A DNA stretch of 64,000 nt from Thermoplasmata archaeon (GCA_039794005.1 JBAMMA010000006.1:32001-96000); one strand, 5' to 3'. Counted from the first letter of the stretch, positions 19,548 through 29,915 are shown. Numbers and translations are program-made. The notes: generated by a model from the sequence alone, not told the origin.

Positions 19548-21119
19548 AAAATCGAAAAGTGTACTCTGTCCTTTAATATTTTTTCTATTCAATTTATTAT
19601 CACTTTTGCTCATGTTTTTCAACTTTGATTTCATCTTTTTTTCTTTCATCAATGAGGCATAATACATGTTTTCGTCCATTGTATCCTCGTATATTAAAAA
19701 CACAACCCTCCCCGGCCTTGCCCTTCCGGTTCTACCTCTCCTCTGTATATTTCTTATTTCTGAACCTACGGCCTCATGGAATATTACGAGGTCTGTTTCG
19801 GGGATATCTAAGCCTTCTTCTCCGATCTGAGTGCTTATTAATACGTTTATTTCACCGTTTTTAAACATTTCAAGTATTTTTATCTGTTCTTTTTGAGACA
19901 TGCCCTTGTCTGAACCCTTTGAGCTCTGACCCAAAAACCTTGATGGCTTAACTCCGGGTAATGTTGATAAATAATTATAAAGATCCATGTTTATGTTTCT
20001 ATAATTTGTAAAGACAATTATCCTGGATTTTGGATTTCTCTTTAACTGATCCAATATAATATCTCCTATCACCTTTATCTTAGGTGATATTGATGACTTT
20101 TCAACCAAATACTTTGCTCCAATTATCAGATCTACAAATTCTTTCATTTTGGATAATTTCATATCACCCTTGTTTTTCTTCTCAATTCCATTTTTATATA
20201 TTTCTTCGAGGTATTCTAGAGATGTTTTTGGGTCCTGGGTTTCAAGGTATTCGATTGCAACCAACATCTTCATTATTATTCCTATATAAGATAACAATGG
20301 ATAAAATGATTTATTACCATTCTGTATTTCATTCCATATGCTTTTTTGCAATTCAACAACTTGACCCTTTGTCAATTTCTTTGGTATATTTATGTCTGGA
20401 TACTTTTCTTCAATCTCATTTATTACCTTCGATATTATTTCCCTCAACTTTTCCCTCATGGGTTCAAATTCTGAGGGAAATTCCAATTTTATAACTTCTA
20501 TCTTTACACCGTGTATGTATGGGGTAACATCTTCATCGGATTCTGTTCTTATTTCAACATTTTCAATATGAAGATTTTGCATGATCTCCTTCAGTCTTTC
20601 CTCATCTGATCCTGGAGATGCCGTCAAGCCTATTATCAACGCATTTTTACATTTTTCTGTAACATATGTATAAGCATACTTTCCAACAGACCTATGAGCT
20701 TCATCGACTATGAGCAGTTTTATTTCATCCGGATTGAAAATATTTGATGAAATGTCATTTTCAATAACTTGTGGTGTGCTAACAATGATGTCGTTATTTT
20801 CATAAAGTTCTTTTCTCTGTTCTTTTTTAATGGTTCCCGTTATACTAACGATCTTTTGATTTTTCAGATATTTTTTAAGCCTTTCTGCATGCTGGTTTAC
20901 CAAAGGCCTAGTAGGGGCAAGCAGTAATATTTTAGGGCCTCTTTTGTTTAAAAGTTCAGCCATGATGAGAATCGCAATTTCTGTTTTTCCTGCACCCGTT
21001 GGCAAAACTATTAATGAATTTTTTCCCTTATTTAATACACTTTTTGCAATTGATTCCTGGTATTTTCTTCTCTCCAATGTATTTTCTTTTATTTCTGGAT
21101 GATTTACGTATTCAGGCAT
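19542..21119 (-). CDS. hef: Hef/FANCM-like SF2 helicase (helicase only, no ERCC4 nuclease domain)
   Basis: RKYQ, LPTGAGKT, APTRPLVNQH, DEAHR, GLTASPG, GEEGLDIP and QRRGRTGR; C-terminal PIP-like QSTLFDFL. Confidence 0.9.
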   Translation of the reverse strand: MPEYVNHPEIKENTLERRKYQESIAKSVLNKGKNSLIVLPTGAGKTEIAILIMAELLNKRGPKILLLAPTRPLVNQHAERLKKYLKNQKIVSITGTIKKEQRKELYENNDIIVSTPQVIENDISSNIFNPDEIKLLIVDEAHRSVGKYAYTYVTEKCKNALIIGLTASPGSDEERLKEIMQNLHIENVEIRTESDEDVTPYIHGVKIEVIKLEFPSEFEPMREKLREIISKVINEIEEKYPDINIPKKLTKGQVVELQKSIWNEIQNGNKSFYPLLSYIGIIMKMLVAIEYLETQDPKTSLEYLEEIYKNGIEKKNKGDMKLSKMKEFVDLIIGAKYLVEKSSISPKIKVIGDIILDQLKRNPKSRIIVFTNYRNINMDLYNYLSTLPGVKPSRFLGQSSKGSDKGMSQKEQIKILEMFKNGEINVLISTQIGEEGLDIPETDLVIFHEAVGSEIRNIQRRGRTGRARPGRVVFLIYEDTMDENMYYASLMKEKKMKSKLKNMSKSDNKLNRKNIKGQSTLFDFL

Positions 21120-21735
21120 GCCAGAAGGTCACCAACCATCCAGATATTCCATTTAATATGTATTGAACTGCAAAAGCTGCAACCAAAAGTCCTAAAATTC
21201 TTGTAAACGCCCTGGAACCCTTGAGACCTATTAATTTAAACACTTTATCGGCATATAAGAAGAATAGATAGACTGTCAAAAATACCAATGCCATTGAAAC
21301 TAATACTAGAATATAATTATATGATTTCATCAATATTATTATTAAAGAGATTGCACCTGGACCCGCAAGCATTGGTGTAGCCAATGGGACAATACCAACA
21401 TCTCCGGATTCCTGGAACGATTCTTCACCTTTCTTTGATATTCTTGGTTTGTCCCCCTCTCTTACCATTTCTATACCTATCAATAGAATTAATATTCCTC
21501 CGGCAATTTCCAATGCCTCTATTGAGATACCAAATAGAGATAGTATATAATCTCCTGCAAATGCGAAAAATAATAAAATTAAAAAGCCGTATACTGTACT
21601 TTCATACCTTGTTTTTTTCTTTTCATTTTCATCCATATTGCTTGTTAAAGAAATATATAATGCTAAGGATGCAAAGGGATCTATCATAACAAACAATGGA
21701 ATAAAAACGTCCAAAAACTGATAAATTGTAAACAT
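21112..21735 (-). CDS. MarC-family membrane protein
   Basis: DPF, IAGGIL, VPLATPMLAGPGAI and RILGLL. Confidence 0.9.
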   Translation of the reverse strand: MFTIYQFLDVFIPLFVMIDPFASLALYISLTSNMDENEKKKTRYESTVYGFLILLFFAFAGDYILSLFGISIEALEIAGGILILLIGIEMVREGDKPRISKKGEESFQESGDVGIVPLATPMLAGPGAISLIIILMKSYNYILVLVSMALVFLTVYLFFLYADKVFKLIGLKGSRAFTRILGLLVAAFAVQYILNGISGWLVTFWHA

Positions 21736-21736
21736 A

Positions 21737-21934
21737 TTATTTAACCCATGTAGCCCTTTCTATATCCCTTTCTTTTTTTGTTTTTTTCTTGTATTGCTTA
21801 TAATGTTCTTTGCATAGATGTATATGAGAGGAATTTGTTTTAAGACTAAACATATTTTCTACCTTTTCCCTTGGCAATGACTTTACAGCCTGTTCACTGC
21901 ATCCTGAGACATCACATATCGTATTTTCTCTCAT
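21737..21934 (-). CDS. Small putative zinc-binding protein
   Basis: CDVSGC...HLCKEHYK; first gene of a tight operon with marC and hef. Confidence 0.7.
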   Translation of the reverse strand: MRENTICDVSGCSEQAVKSLPREKVENMFSLKTNSSHIHLCKEHYKQYKKKTKKERDIERATWVK

Positions 21935-21985
21935 GTTTGATAATAGAAACCATTGAATATAAAATTTTTATTATAAGTATTACGA

Positions 21986-22386
21986 ATGAAAAGATAGGCT
22001 TTTTCTCTAGATACAGGTGGGGTCCAGGAAGTATTATAACGATAATATTATGGATTTCTTTATCAATAATATTTTTTATTTTATATTTAAATTATAAATA
22101 TAAATCTTATTTATTTTTATCCATTTTATCTATGATAGCCACGTTTATAATATTAATAGTAAAGGGTTCTGAGAATATAACGATAGATGAAAATAATGAT
22201 GATGATATAATTGACAAGGATGGCTTTGTTTTGATGGATATTGACATTAATAAACCCGGGGTAGTTAAAATAGAAAATCAGATCTGGTCTGCAAAAAGCG
22301 ACGAATATATAAAAAAAGGGGAAAGGGTAATTGTAGTTAGAAGAGAAGGACTCTATTTAATTGTCAAAAAAATAAATTTTAAATAA
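21986..22386 (+). CDS. NfeD-like membrane protein (C-terminal OB fold), start uncertain or frameshifted
   Basis: Two TM helices, then GVVKIENQIWSAKS...GERVIVVRREGLYLIV. No plausible in-frame ATG; ATG 21986 is one base out of frame. Confidence 0.65.
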
Positions 22387-22406
22387 CAAAAATTTTTAGT
22401 TTAATA

Positions 22407-22709
22407 TGCGAAGAGCCCGAGGGCAACTGACGCTGGTATCTATGTGATACCGGTGAGGAAAGTCCCCCCTCCTGAGACACCGGTCACACCGCAAGGTGTG
22501 GTCTCGAGAGAGACGGCAATGGCACAGAAACGACACAGCCATGGTAAAGGATGATTTCATGCGAAGGACGTTTCCATGGATTTGTTGAAACGGCCAACCA
22601 CCGGGGAGCAAGCCCAAGCAAACGCGATGACAGGTCTCTCGAGCGTTGGGTGGGGCGCATAGTCGAATGTTGCCTGAAACAGAAGGGGGCTTACTACGGG
22701 CACTTCGCA
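22407..22709 (+). ncRNA. rnpB: RNase P RNA (archaeal)
   Basis: GC-rich island with GAGGAAAGTCC and its P4 partner AACAGAAGGGGGCTTA, CAGAAAC and TGAAAC; terminal P1 helix TGCGAAG-AGCCCG / CGGGC-ACTTCGCA. Confidence 0.95.
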
Positions 22710-25700
22710 CTAAATTTCATAATACCTGTATGAAAACGCCTTTTTAACGCTATTTGATATTTCATCGAATATTTCTTTTAATGTTTCAATATAATCCCTC
22801 TTTCCACTTTCAATTTCATCAATTTCTTCGTACAACTTCGCTGTTCTGTTTTCACTTACAAGATGCGGATAATTGTTTATTAGATATCCATAACCTTCTT
22901 CTCCCAGGGTTGTTGAATATAGATATTTAGACTTATCTTTTATAACATATTTCCTCGTCTCCAGGTTTGTGATTATCATTGAATATGTGCTTGGTCTTCC
23001 CAATTTCTTGTTTTTCATATCCCTTACCAGTTCACCTTCCGTATAAGGATTTACTTCCGATATGTATATGTTCCACTTGGGCTGTAAAATACATTCCTTC
23101 ATGCACATCCTTTTTACACTTTCACCCATTGATTCTTTTATGACTGAGGGTGTGTAAACAAACTTCTTTAAAATGTTCATATCTATATCATCAAGTTTAA
23201 CAGAAACAATTCTCTTTTCCATGTTCTTTATTTCTATGATTTTGCCGTTCAATTCACCCTCCAATATTATATTCTCCTCCTCATATTTCACATTGTCAAT
23301 CTGTGATGTTATAAATCTTTTGAATATCATATTGTATAATAATAAATGGTCCTTTGTCAATCTGCCTTCAAATGATATTTCACCAGATTCTATTGAATCT
23401 ATGAGCATTTCGAGGTCTAGGGGTTTTGTTGGCCTGATGCATTCATGCGTACCGGATTCTCCCCAACTCCTTGGTTTGAAAAATTCAATATCATCTTTTC
23501 CAAATATCTGTTTAAAATACGATTTTGCAATCGATATGCCGTGCCGTGATACGTGGGTGGAATCGGTTCTATGGTATGTTATTAAACCTAGCTCAAAGAG
23601 ATCCTGGGCCAGGTTCATGGTCTTTCCAACATCGAATTTTAATATATATGAGGCATCGGTTAAAAGCGTATCGGTGGTATAAGGAGGCAATATTGCCATA
23701 TCATTTATTTTATATTCTATGGACTTTAGCCTTGCTTTTATTGGCTCCGTAACCTGAGAATCAATTATAAACGATAATTTTTCTATACCTTCTATCTTCA
23801 GTATTGTTGAAAGTCTTCTCATTTTATAATATTCTTTTGTCCTTTCTACAATCCATCCCAAGACCGGTGTTTGAACCCTTCCTGCGCTCAAATTCTTGTT
23901 TATTTTACAGTTTACCTTATCGCTTAGACCCACCTTCTTGCAATAGAATCTCCAAAATACAGTCTGCATTTTCCTTGATAAAACAAACCCAACCCACCTG
24001 TCTTCAATCCTCCTTACTAGCTGGGCTTTGATCATATTCAAATCCATTTCCCTTGGGCTATTTATCGCCTTTAGTATGGCCTCTTTTGTCACCTCATGGA
24101 ATTCCACCCTCTTTATGTTTCTGTTCATAGGCCTGATATTTAAAAATATGTCCCATGCAATCTTTTCGCCTTCAATATCCGGATCTGTACCTATAAAAAC
24201 CTCATCCACTTCAAATGCAAGCTTTCTTATATCTTCAATTGTATTAATTTTATCCATTACTATTTCTTCACCGCATTTTGGACACCTGTTTCTAATGGAA
24301 TCTGTTACCTGATGGCCATTCTTACACCTCTTGATGGAATTGTAATATGGAATAAAATTGATTTCACCATCTTTTTCAACCTTTTCAATTCCATAGAATC
24401 CCAATGGTCTGGTTGTAAGATCAAAAAGATGGCCCTGTGATGCAACGATCATCATTGTCATTTTACCAAGGAATGTTTCGTAAATCCTTATTCCGTTCAT
24501 GTCAAAAAATCCAGGTTTTCCAAAAAATGATGATATTGTCCTTGCTTTAGTAGGAGATTCGACAACCATTAAAACATGTTTCATTTCCGATAATGATGAT
24601 ATTACATTTTTTTCAATGCCATCATTCATTATATCCCTATCTTTTTCAACCTCCCTTATGTTTAATTCCAAATTTTCAATTCTCTCTTTTTCAAAATCTT
24701 TGAATTCTATATCGGGAATTGAAATTTTCAATTTATTCTCAAACTTTGAAAAGAGGGCATCGTTTTCATATAACACTATAGATATCCCCTTTGTAAGTTG
24801 TCCTCTGAACAATCTTGAAGTTCTACCAGATGCATGAATATATGTTGTATGTGACGGTACCATGACCCAGCCATTCATAATAACAAAGTTTGTCTGCTTA
24901 TTCATATAATCTGTAAATTCGGGATCGTTTAGATATCTTTCAACGATCTCATATGCCTTTTTGATATCTTCATCAACATTTTGTTCCTCAATCTTTTTCT
25001 GTAAAACAATCAATGCCCCTTGGCTCATGTTTTTTAACATCTTTTTCATCTTTTTTGATAATGAAGAAATCTCGGGATCATTGCTTTTTCTGGCAATTAA
25101 ATTTAATATTCTTACCATCTGCTGGAATGGTAGTATTTCACCTATCTTTATTGCAAATTTCGGAATACCATAAAAAATGGAATACTTAATTCTCCATGGT
25201 ATATCTATACCTCTTACCAAAAGACCATTATGACTCGACACTCCGACGAGAACATTCACTTTACCATTGATAAAATCTTCAATACCCTTAGAATTTTTGG
25301 AAGTAATGGCCAAAGATTTTATTCCATTTTTATTTAAATATTTTGATATTTCTTCAGCCTTTTCAATTCCATATTCCGGAGATACAAATATTATTATTCC
25401 ATCCTTAAACATTTTAACCATATTTAATATTTTGTTCATGCCATCTTCCAGTTTAGCCTTATAATCTATGATATTTCTCAAAAATATTGAAACGCTACCG
25501 GGCCTGAAGCCTAAAACGGATGTGATCAATTTATTACCACCTGTCATTGTTGCGGATGAAAATATTATAATTTTATCCTTCAACTTTTTATTTTTAATTT
25601 CCTGCAGCTTTCTATACCTCTCAACATCATCTTGTTCCTTCAATATTTCCTGTATCCTTGAAATATCGTTTTCATCAAATCCTATTACCTTCAATATGGA

Positions 25701-26378
25701 ATATACACCCTTTTTTGTTTTTATCGCTGAATCAATATCATCAACAAAGATTAAATTGTATTCCAAAGAAGTTATTTTTTCAGCATTGTTCATTATATAT
25801 CTTCCTGTAAAAACGGCAATATCAAAGTTTCCGGAATAAAAATTGTTCTCATTTTCTATTCTTTCAGCTTTTTTCATTCCTGAATGAACGGAGACTATTT
25901 TTGGATTTAAGCCCAATTTTTCAGCATATTCTTTTAAAATTTTTAATGATTGATCTAGCAATGTTCTTGTTTGAAATATCAGTATAGATTTTTTACCTTT
26001 TGTAAAATAGTATAAAGAGGATATCAATCCAAAGGTAGTTTTACCAAAACCTGTAGGTGCTACAATTCCAAAACTTTGACCTCTAGATAATCTGGATATC
26101 CAGGACCTTTGAATTCCTGAAGGAGAAAAACCTATTGAACCTTTAAACAGCTTTTCAAAATCTTTCAACATATTGATTGTATTTTCCATCCATTGCAAAT
26201 TTTTCAGCTTACCTAAAAATTTCAAATTTTCAACCAATTCAATTGGACTACTGAATTCTTTATGACCTGATAGACACTCCTCACAAACAGAGCCATAAAA
26301 TAGCCTTCGTGCATTAATATTTTTACCACAATTCGGACATGTATTAATAAACGTTGATTCTGGTATATAAGAATTCAT
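22710..26378 (-). CDS. rgy: Reverse gyrase
   Basis: N-terminal Zn finger CPNC..CEEC, helicase-like APTGFGKTT / DDID / SGRTSR, Toprim VESPTKA and DPDIEGE, second Zn finger, AGRVQTP, catalytic ITYHRTD and GRPSTY. Confidence 0.97.
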   Translation of the reverse strand: MNSYIPESTFINTCPNCGKNINARRLFYGSVCEECLSGHKEFSSPIELVENLKFLGKLKNLQWMENTINMLKDFEKLFKGSIGFSPSGIQRSWISRLSRGQSFGIVAPTGFGKTTFGLISSLYYFTKGKKSILIFQTRTLLDQSLKILKEYAEKLGLNPKIVSVHSGMKKAERIENENNFYSGNFDIAVFTGRYIMNNAEKITSLEYNLIFVDDIDSAIKTKKGVYSILKVIGFDENDISRIQEILKEQDDVERYRKLQEIKNKKLKDKIIIFSSATMTGGNKLITSVLGFRPGSVSIFLRNIIDYKAKLEDGMNKILNMVKMFKDGIIIFVSPEYGIEKAEEISKYLNKNGIKSLAITSKNSKGIEDFINGKVNVLVGVSSHNGLLVRGIDIPWRIKYSIFYGIPKFAIKIGEILPFQQMVRILNLIARKSNDPEISSLSKKMKKMLKNMSQGALIVLQKKIEEQNVDEDIKKAYEIVERYLNDPEFTDYMNKQTNFVIMNGWVMVPSHTTYIHASGRTSRLFRGQLTKGISIVLYENDALFSKFENKLKISIPDIEFKDFEKERIENLELNIREVEKDRDIMNDGIEKNVISSLSEMKHVLMVVESPTKARTISSFFGKPGFFDMNGIRIYETFLGKMTMMIVASQGHLFDLTTRPLGFYGIEKVEKDGEINFIPYYNSIKRCKNGHQVTDSIRNRCPKCGEEIVMDKINTIEDIRKLAFEVDEVFIGTDPDIEGEKIAWDIFLNIRPMNRNIKRVEFHEVTKEAILKAINSPREMDLNMIKAQLVRRIEDRWVGFVLSRKMQTVFWRFYCKKVGLSDKVNCKINKNLSAGRVQTPVLGWIVERTKEYYKMRRLSTILKIEGIEKLSFIIDSQVTEPIKARLKSIEYKINDMAILPPYTTDTLLTDASYILKFDVGKTMNLAQDLFELGLITYHRTDSTHVSRHGISIAKSYFKQIFGKDDIEFFKPRSWGESGTHECIRPTKPLDLEMLIDSIESGEISFEGRLTKDHLLLYNMIFKRFITSQIDNVKYEEENIILEGELNGKIIEIKNMEKRIVSVKLDDIDMNILKKFVYTPSVIKESMGESVKRMCMKECILQPKWNIYISEVNPYTEGELVRDMKNKKLGRPSTYSMIITNLETRKYVIKDKSKYLYSTTLGEEGYGYLINNYPHLVSENRTAKLYEEIDEIESGKRDYIETLKEIFDEISNSVKKAFSYRYYEI

Positions 26379-26499
26379 GATTTATTTATTAAAATATACA
26401 TTTAAAAAATATTCCATAATATTTTATATTTATTTGTTTAAATATTTTACATAAAAATATAAAAAATTTTTTTAAACAATATTTTGGATATTTTTATCC

Positions 26500-27765
26500 A
26501 TGAGCATTTTGATTAAAAATGGATTTATCGTAACTCAAAATAAAAACAGAGATATATTTCTTGGGGATATTTATATTGAGGGAAATAGGATAGTGGAAAT
26601 CGGAAAAAATCTATCCTATGAAGCAGAATACAGAATAGATGCCACAAACAATATAATAATCCCGGGGTTGATAAATACTCACACCCATGTTGGAATGGGT
26701 GGATTTAGAGGATTGATTGAGGACATGCAGTTAGACGATTTTTTAAAAAAGACATTCGACCTGGACTCAAAAAGAACAGATGAGGACATATACCATTCAT
26801 CCATGGTCTCCATTGCAGAGATGCTTAGAAATGGGATAACATCATTTTTGGATCTTTATTATTCTGAGGACATTATAGCAAAGGCCGTAAGGGATTCCGG
26901 CATTAGGGGATTTTTGTCTTGGGTCACACTTGATGAAAGGTATACAACGCAGAAGGGAAATCCCCTTAAAAATGCCGAGGATTTTATCATTAAATTCAAA
27001 GGTAATGAAAGGATCTATCCATCAGTTGGCTTTCAAGGCGTATACGTATGTTCTGATGAGACTTTAATGAAGGGAAAAGAAATCGCTGAAAGGCACAATA
27101 CTTTAATGCACATGCATCTGAGCGAAACTAGAAAGGAGGTATACGATTTTCTAAAAAAGACAAATAAAAGACCCGTTGAGCATCTATATGACATTGGATT
27201 TTTAAATGACAGATTAATGGCAGTTCATACTGTATGGATTACGATAAGAGAAGTAAAATTCCTGAGTGAAAAGAGAGTTAATATATCCCACAATCCAGTT
27301 AGTAATATGAAACTTGGCACTGGTGGAGCTTCTCCTATTCCTGAATTGATTAAATACAATGCTAATGTAACACTTGGTACTGATAGCAATACTACAAACA
27401 ATAATCTTGACTTGTTCGATGTGATGAAAACCACAGGGCTTTTGCACAAAAATGAGAGATGGGACGCATCAATTTTAAAGGCCCAGGAAATTTTTGATAT
27501 GGCCACAATAAATGCTGCAAAGGCCCTAAAGATGGAAAACCATTTGGGTTCCATAGAGGAGGGTAAAATGGCAGATATTGCGATCATTGATCCATATCCA
27601 AATGGCATTCCGCTCAGAAAAGATTCTTTAATTCCAAATTTAGTCTATTCAATAAAAGGCCTTAACGTGACAAAAACTATAGTTGATGGAAAAATCGTAA
27701 TGGATAATGGAAAATTGACTTTATACGATATGGAAAAGACAATAAACTTCTTCAAAAATCTTTAA
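26500..27765 (+). CDS. Amidohydrolase (MTA/SAH deaminase family)
   Basis: PGLINTHTH, HMHLSET, HNPVSNMKL, LGTDS and GSIEEGKMADI. Confidence 0.85.
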   Translation: MSILIKNGFIVTQNKNRDIFLGDIYIEGNRIVEIGKNLSYEAEYRIDATNNIIIPGLINTHTHVGMGGFRGLIEDMQLDDFLKKTFDLDSKRTDEDIYHSSMVSIAEMLRNGITSFLDLYYSEDIIAKAVRDSGIRGFLSWVTLDERYTTQKGNPLKNAEDFIIKFKGNERIYPSVGFQGVYVCSDETLMKGKEIAERHNTLMHMHLSETRKEVYDFLKKTNKRPVEHLYDIGFLNDRLMAVHTVWITIREVKFLSEKRVNISHNPVSNMKLGTGGASPIPELIKYNANVTLGTDSNTTNNNLDLFDVMKTTGLLHKNERWDASILKAQEIFDMATINAAKALKMENHLGSIEEGKMADIAIIDPYPNGIPLRKDSLIPNLVYSIKGLNVTKTIVDGKIVMDNGKLTLYDMEKTINFFKNL

Positions 27766-28957
27766 TCAACTTATAAAAAACCTTTGCATCGTTTACCATA
27801 TTTTTTATAACGCAGTATTCATCTGGACTATGTTCAACAGGTTCTAAAGTTGCCCAGACGACAGCATGATAACCCCTTTTCCTCGCCATTGCCGCTACTG
27901 TTCCACCACCAATGCCTATCAATTTTGGTTCTACTTTCAGTACATCATTTATACTCTTTTTTAAATTTACAACCAATGGTGAACTCTCTGGCGTTTTTGG
28001 AGCAGGGTCGTTTCTCTGAACTGTTTCTAAGGTTATTTCTATTCCATACTTATTTTTGTATGATTCAACAATTTTTATAATCGTATTTAAAACATCATCT
28101 ATTTTATATTCTGGTAGGATCCTCATATCAAAATATACCTTTGCACTTCCAGGAATTGTATTGATATTTTGAACAGCGCTCGACATCATCGTAGGTTCAA
28201 ATGTCGAATATGGGGGTATGAAAACATTATCATAGATATCGAAATTTTTGTGCAATTCCTTGTCTATTTCCATGGAAATTTCAAATAAATATCTTGAGGA
28301 ATTTTTTCCGAGATCTGGCCTTGATCCATGAGACTGTTTCCCAATGACCTTTATTCCTAGCCACAGTATGCCTTTTTCGGCAATCTCTATTTCATCCCCC
28401 TTTTCGTTACCGGCATCTGGAATTATAAAATAATCATCCTTACCAAATTCCTTATAATTTTCCATAACATATTCCATGCCATATTTTGAGCCAACCTCTT
28501 CATCGCTTAATGACATGAAACCTATGTTGTATTTTGGCCTGATCCCATTATCTATTATCGCCTTTATTGCAAAAAGGCCTGCCACCAAATCTTGACCGTT
28601 ATCCTCTGTACCCCTTCCATATATCCTATCATTAACAACGGTGGCCTTGAATGGATCGTAATGCCATTGATTAATATCCCCTTCAGGAACTGTATCCATA
28701 TGGGCTGCAATCCATATCGTCTTTTCCCTAATTTTACCATAATATTTTGCTATAATATTTGGCCTAGTGTAGTTTTTATCATCTATTGCATTCAATTCTT
28801 TTATATAATCAAAACCCATGTTTTCAATGTAATTCTTTATAAATCTAGATCTTTCCCATTCACCATTTCCACCGAGATCCGGGCTTATTGCCTTTATCGG
28901 TATCATTGATGTCATGAATTCTATCATCTCTTCTCTATAATCTTCAATTTCTTTCAT
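27752..28957 (-). CDS. M20 metallopeptidase (DapE/ArgE-like)
   Basis: AHMDTVP, GRGTEDNG, DEEVGS, AEKG and GGGT. Confidence 0.88.
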   Translation of the reverse strand: MKEIEDYREEMIEFMTSMIPIKAISPDLGGNGEWERSRFIKNYIENMGFDYIKELNAIDDKNYTRPNIIAKYYGKIREKTIWIAAHMDTVPEGDINQWHYDPFKATVVNDRIYGRGTEDNGQDLVAGLFAIKAIIDNGIRPKYNIGFMSLSDEEVGSKYGMEYVMENYKEFGKDDYFIIPDAGNEKGDEIEIAEKGILWLGIKVIGKQSHGSRPDLGKNSSRYLFEISMEIDKELHKNFDIYDNVFIPPYSTFEPTMMSSAVQNINTIPGSAKVYFDMRILPEYKIDDVLNTIIKIVESYKNKYGIEITLETVQRNDPAPKTPESSPLVVNLKKSINDVLKVEPKLIGIGGGTVAAMARKRGYHAVVWATLEPVEHSPDEYCVIKNMVNDAKVFYKLIKDF

Positions 28958-29138
28958 ACTTTACACCCTTTTCAGGTAACAAAACTGGGATGCCATCAAT
29001 GATTTCATAATATACATTACAACTTTCGCATAACAATTTTCCAGAAAAAATTTCATTATCCCTCCCAACACTTTCAATAAGTGTGAGAGGGTTTTTGCAC
29101 ACAGGGCATACTATTATTTTTAACGTTTCACTTTTCAT
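28944..29138 (-). CDS. trm112: Trm112-like methyltransferase activator
   Basis: IVCPVCK..L...G.L.C.SC..YYEIIDGIPVLL. Confidence 0.85.
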   Translation of the reverse strand: MKSETLKIIVCPVCKNPLTLIESVGRDNEIFSGKLLCESCNVYYEIIDGIPVLLPEKGVKYERN

Positions 29139-29486
29139 TTATATGCTGTATAACAAATATATTCCATATATTAACGATATTATTGCAATTACCCATAGTA
29201 TACCATTGATGAGTGATTTTCTTTTTATGCCGAGATCGAATATTATTCCCCTTAGGCCATTAAGACCATGGTAAACAACTGCCAATAAAAATCCAATGTA
29301 GAATGCTTTCCACCATGGGTTCTGTATTCTTTGCAAAATAGCCTGAATCGTCAATTCTATAGAACCTTCGACGTGCATTATCCATAGATGAACGCCAAGG
29401 AAAAATACCATAAAAATTGCGGTAATTAATTGCAAAAGCCATGCCAGTGGCGCAATTGATCCTTTTATACTTTCCTGATTTGTCAT
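29139..29486 (-). CDS. sdhD: Succinate dehydrogenase membrane anchor subunit
   Basis: WLLQLITA, HLW and HGLNGLRGI; last gene of the sdh cluster. Confidence 0.85.
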   Translation of the reverse strand: MTNQESIKGSIAPLAWLLQLITAIFMVFFLGVHLWIMHVEGSIELTIQAILQRIQNPWWKAFYIGFLLAVVYHGLNGLRGIIFDLGIKRKSLINGILWVIAIISLIYGIYLLYSI

Positions 29487-29504
29487 TATATATCACCTCA
29501 TTTT

Positions 29505-29915
29505 TTAAGAATGCAGGAATGCATCAACAACAACATAACTCAGCAGAATCCATCCTATTATGCCTAATGCCATCATTATCCAGAAGAATAATTGTCTCTT
29601 CTTTGTTCCAATGCCAAACTCATTTATAACCAACCTAATACCATTTGCGCCATGATAAAATATCACGAGGAATAGCAATATATCGAGTGCAACGAATGGA
29701 GGGCTTTCAACGGTTTTTAGGAAATTCTTGAAATTTGATCCTCCTGTTGATTGTGTCCCTATTAACTGTGATAATGCGGCGAAGTGGATATAAAGGTATA
29801 ACAATATTACAAGACCCGTTAGCCTGTGGAAAAGGAATGCAATTCCATCGGATAAATGCCTTCCTTTCAATTTTATCCAATATAATGAATCCTTTAATGA
29901 CATTTTATTCACCAC
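29505..29915 (-). CDS. sdhC: Succinate dehydrogenase cytochrome b subunit
   Basis: HRLTG and YHGANGIRL. Confidence 0.88.
   Translation of the reverse strand: MVNKMSLKDSLYWIKLKGRHLSDGIAFLFHRLTGLVILLYLYIHFAALSQLIGTQSTGGSNFKNFLKTVESPPFVALDILLFLVIFYHGANGIRLVINEFGIGTKKRQLFFWIMMALGIIGWILLSYVVVDAFLHS

Noticed and set aside
22396-22733. ORFs 22396-22710(-) and 22551-22733(+)
   Set aside because: Shadows of the GC-rich RNase P RNA.
22710-26378. Intein in reverse gyrase (also checked for PolB2)
   Set aside because: Lengths are normal, and no C...HN splice junctions or LAGLIDADG motifs were seen.
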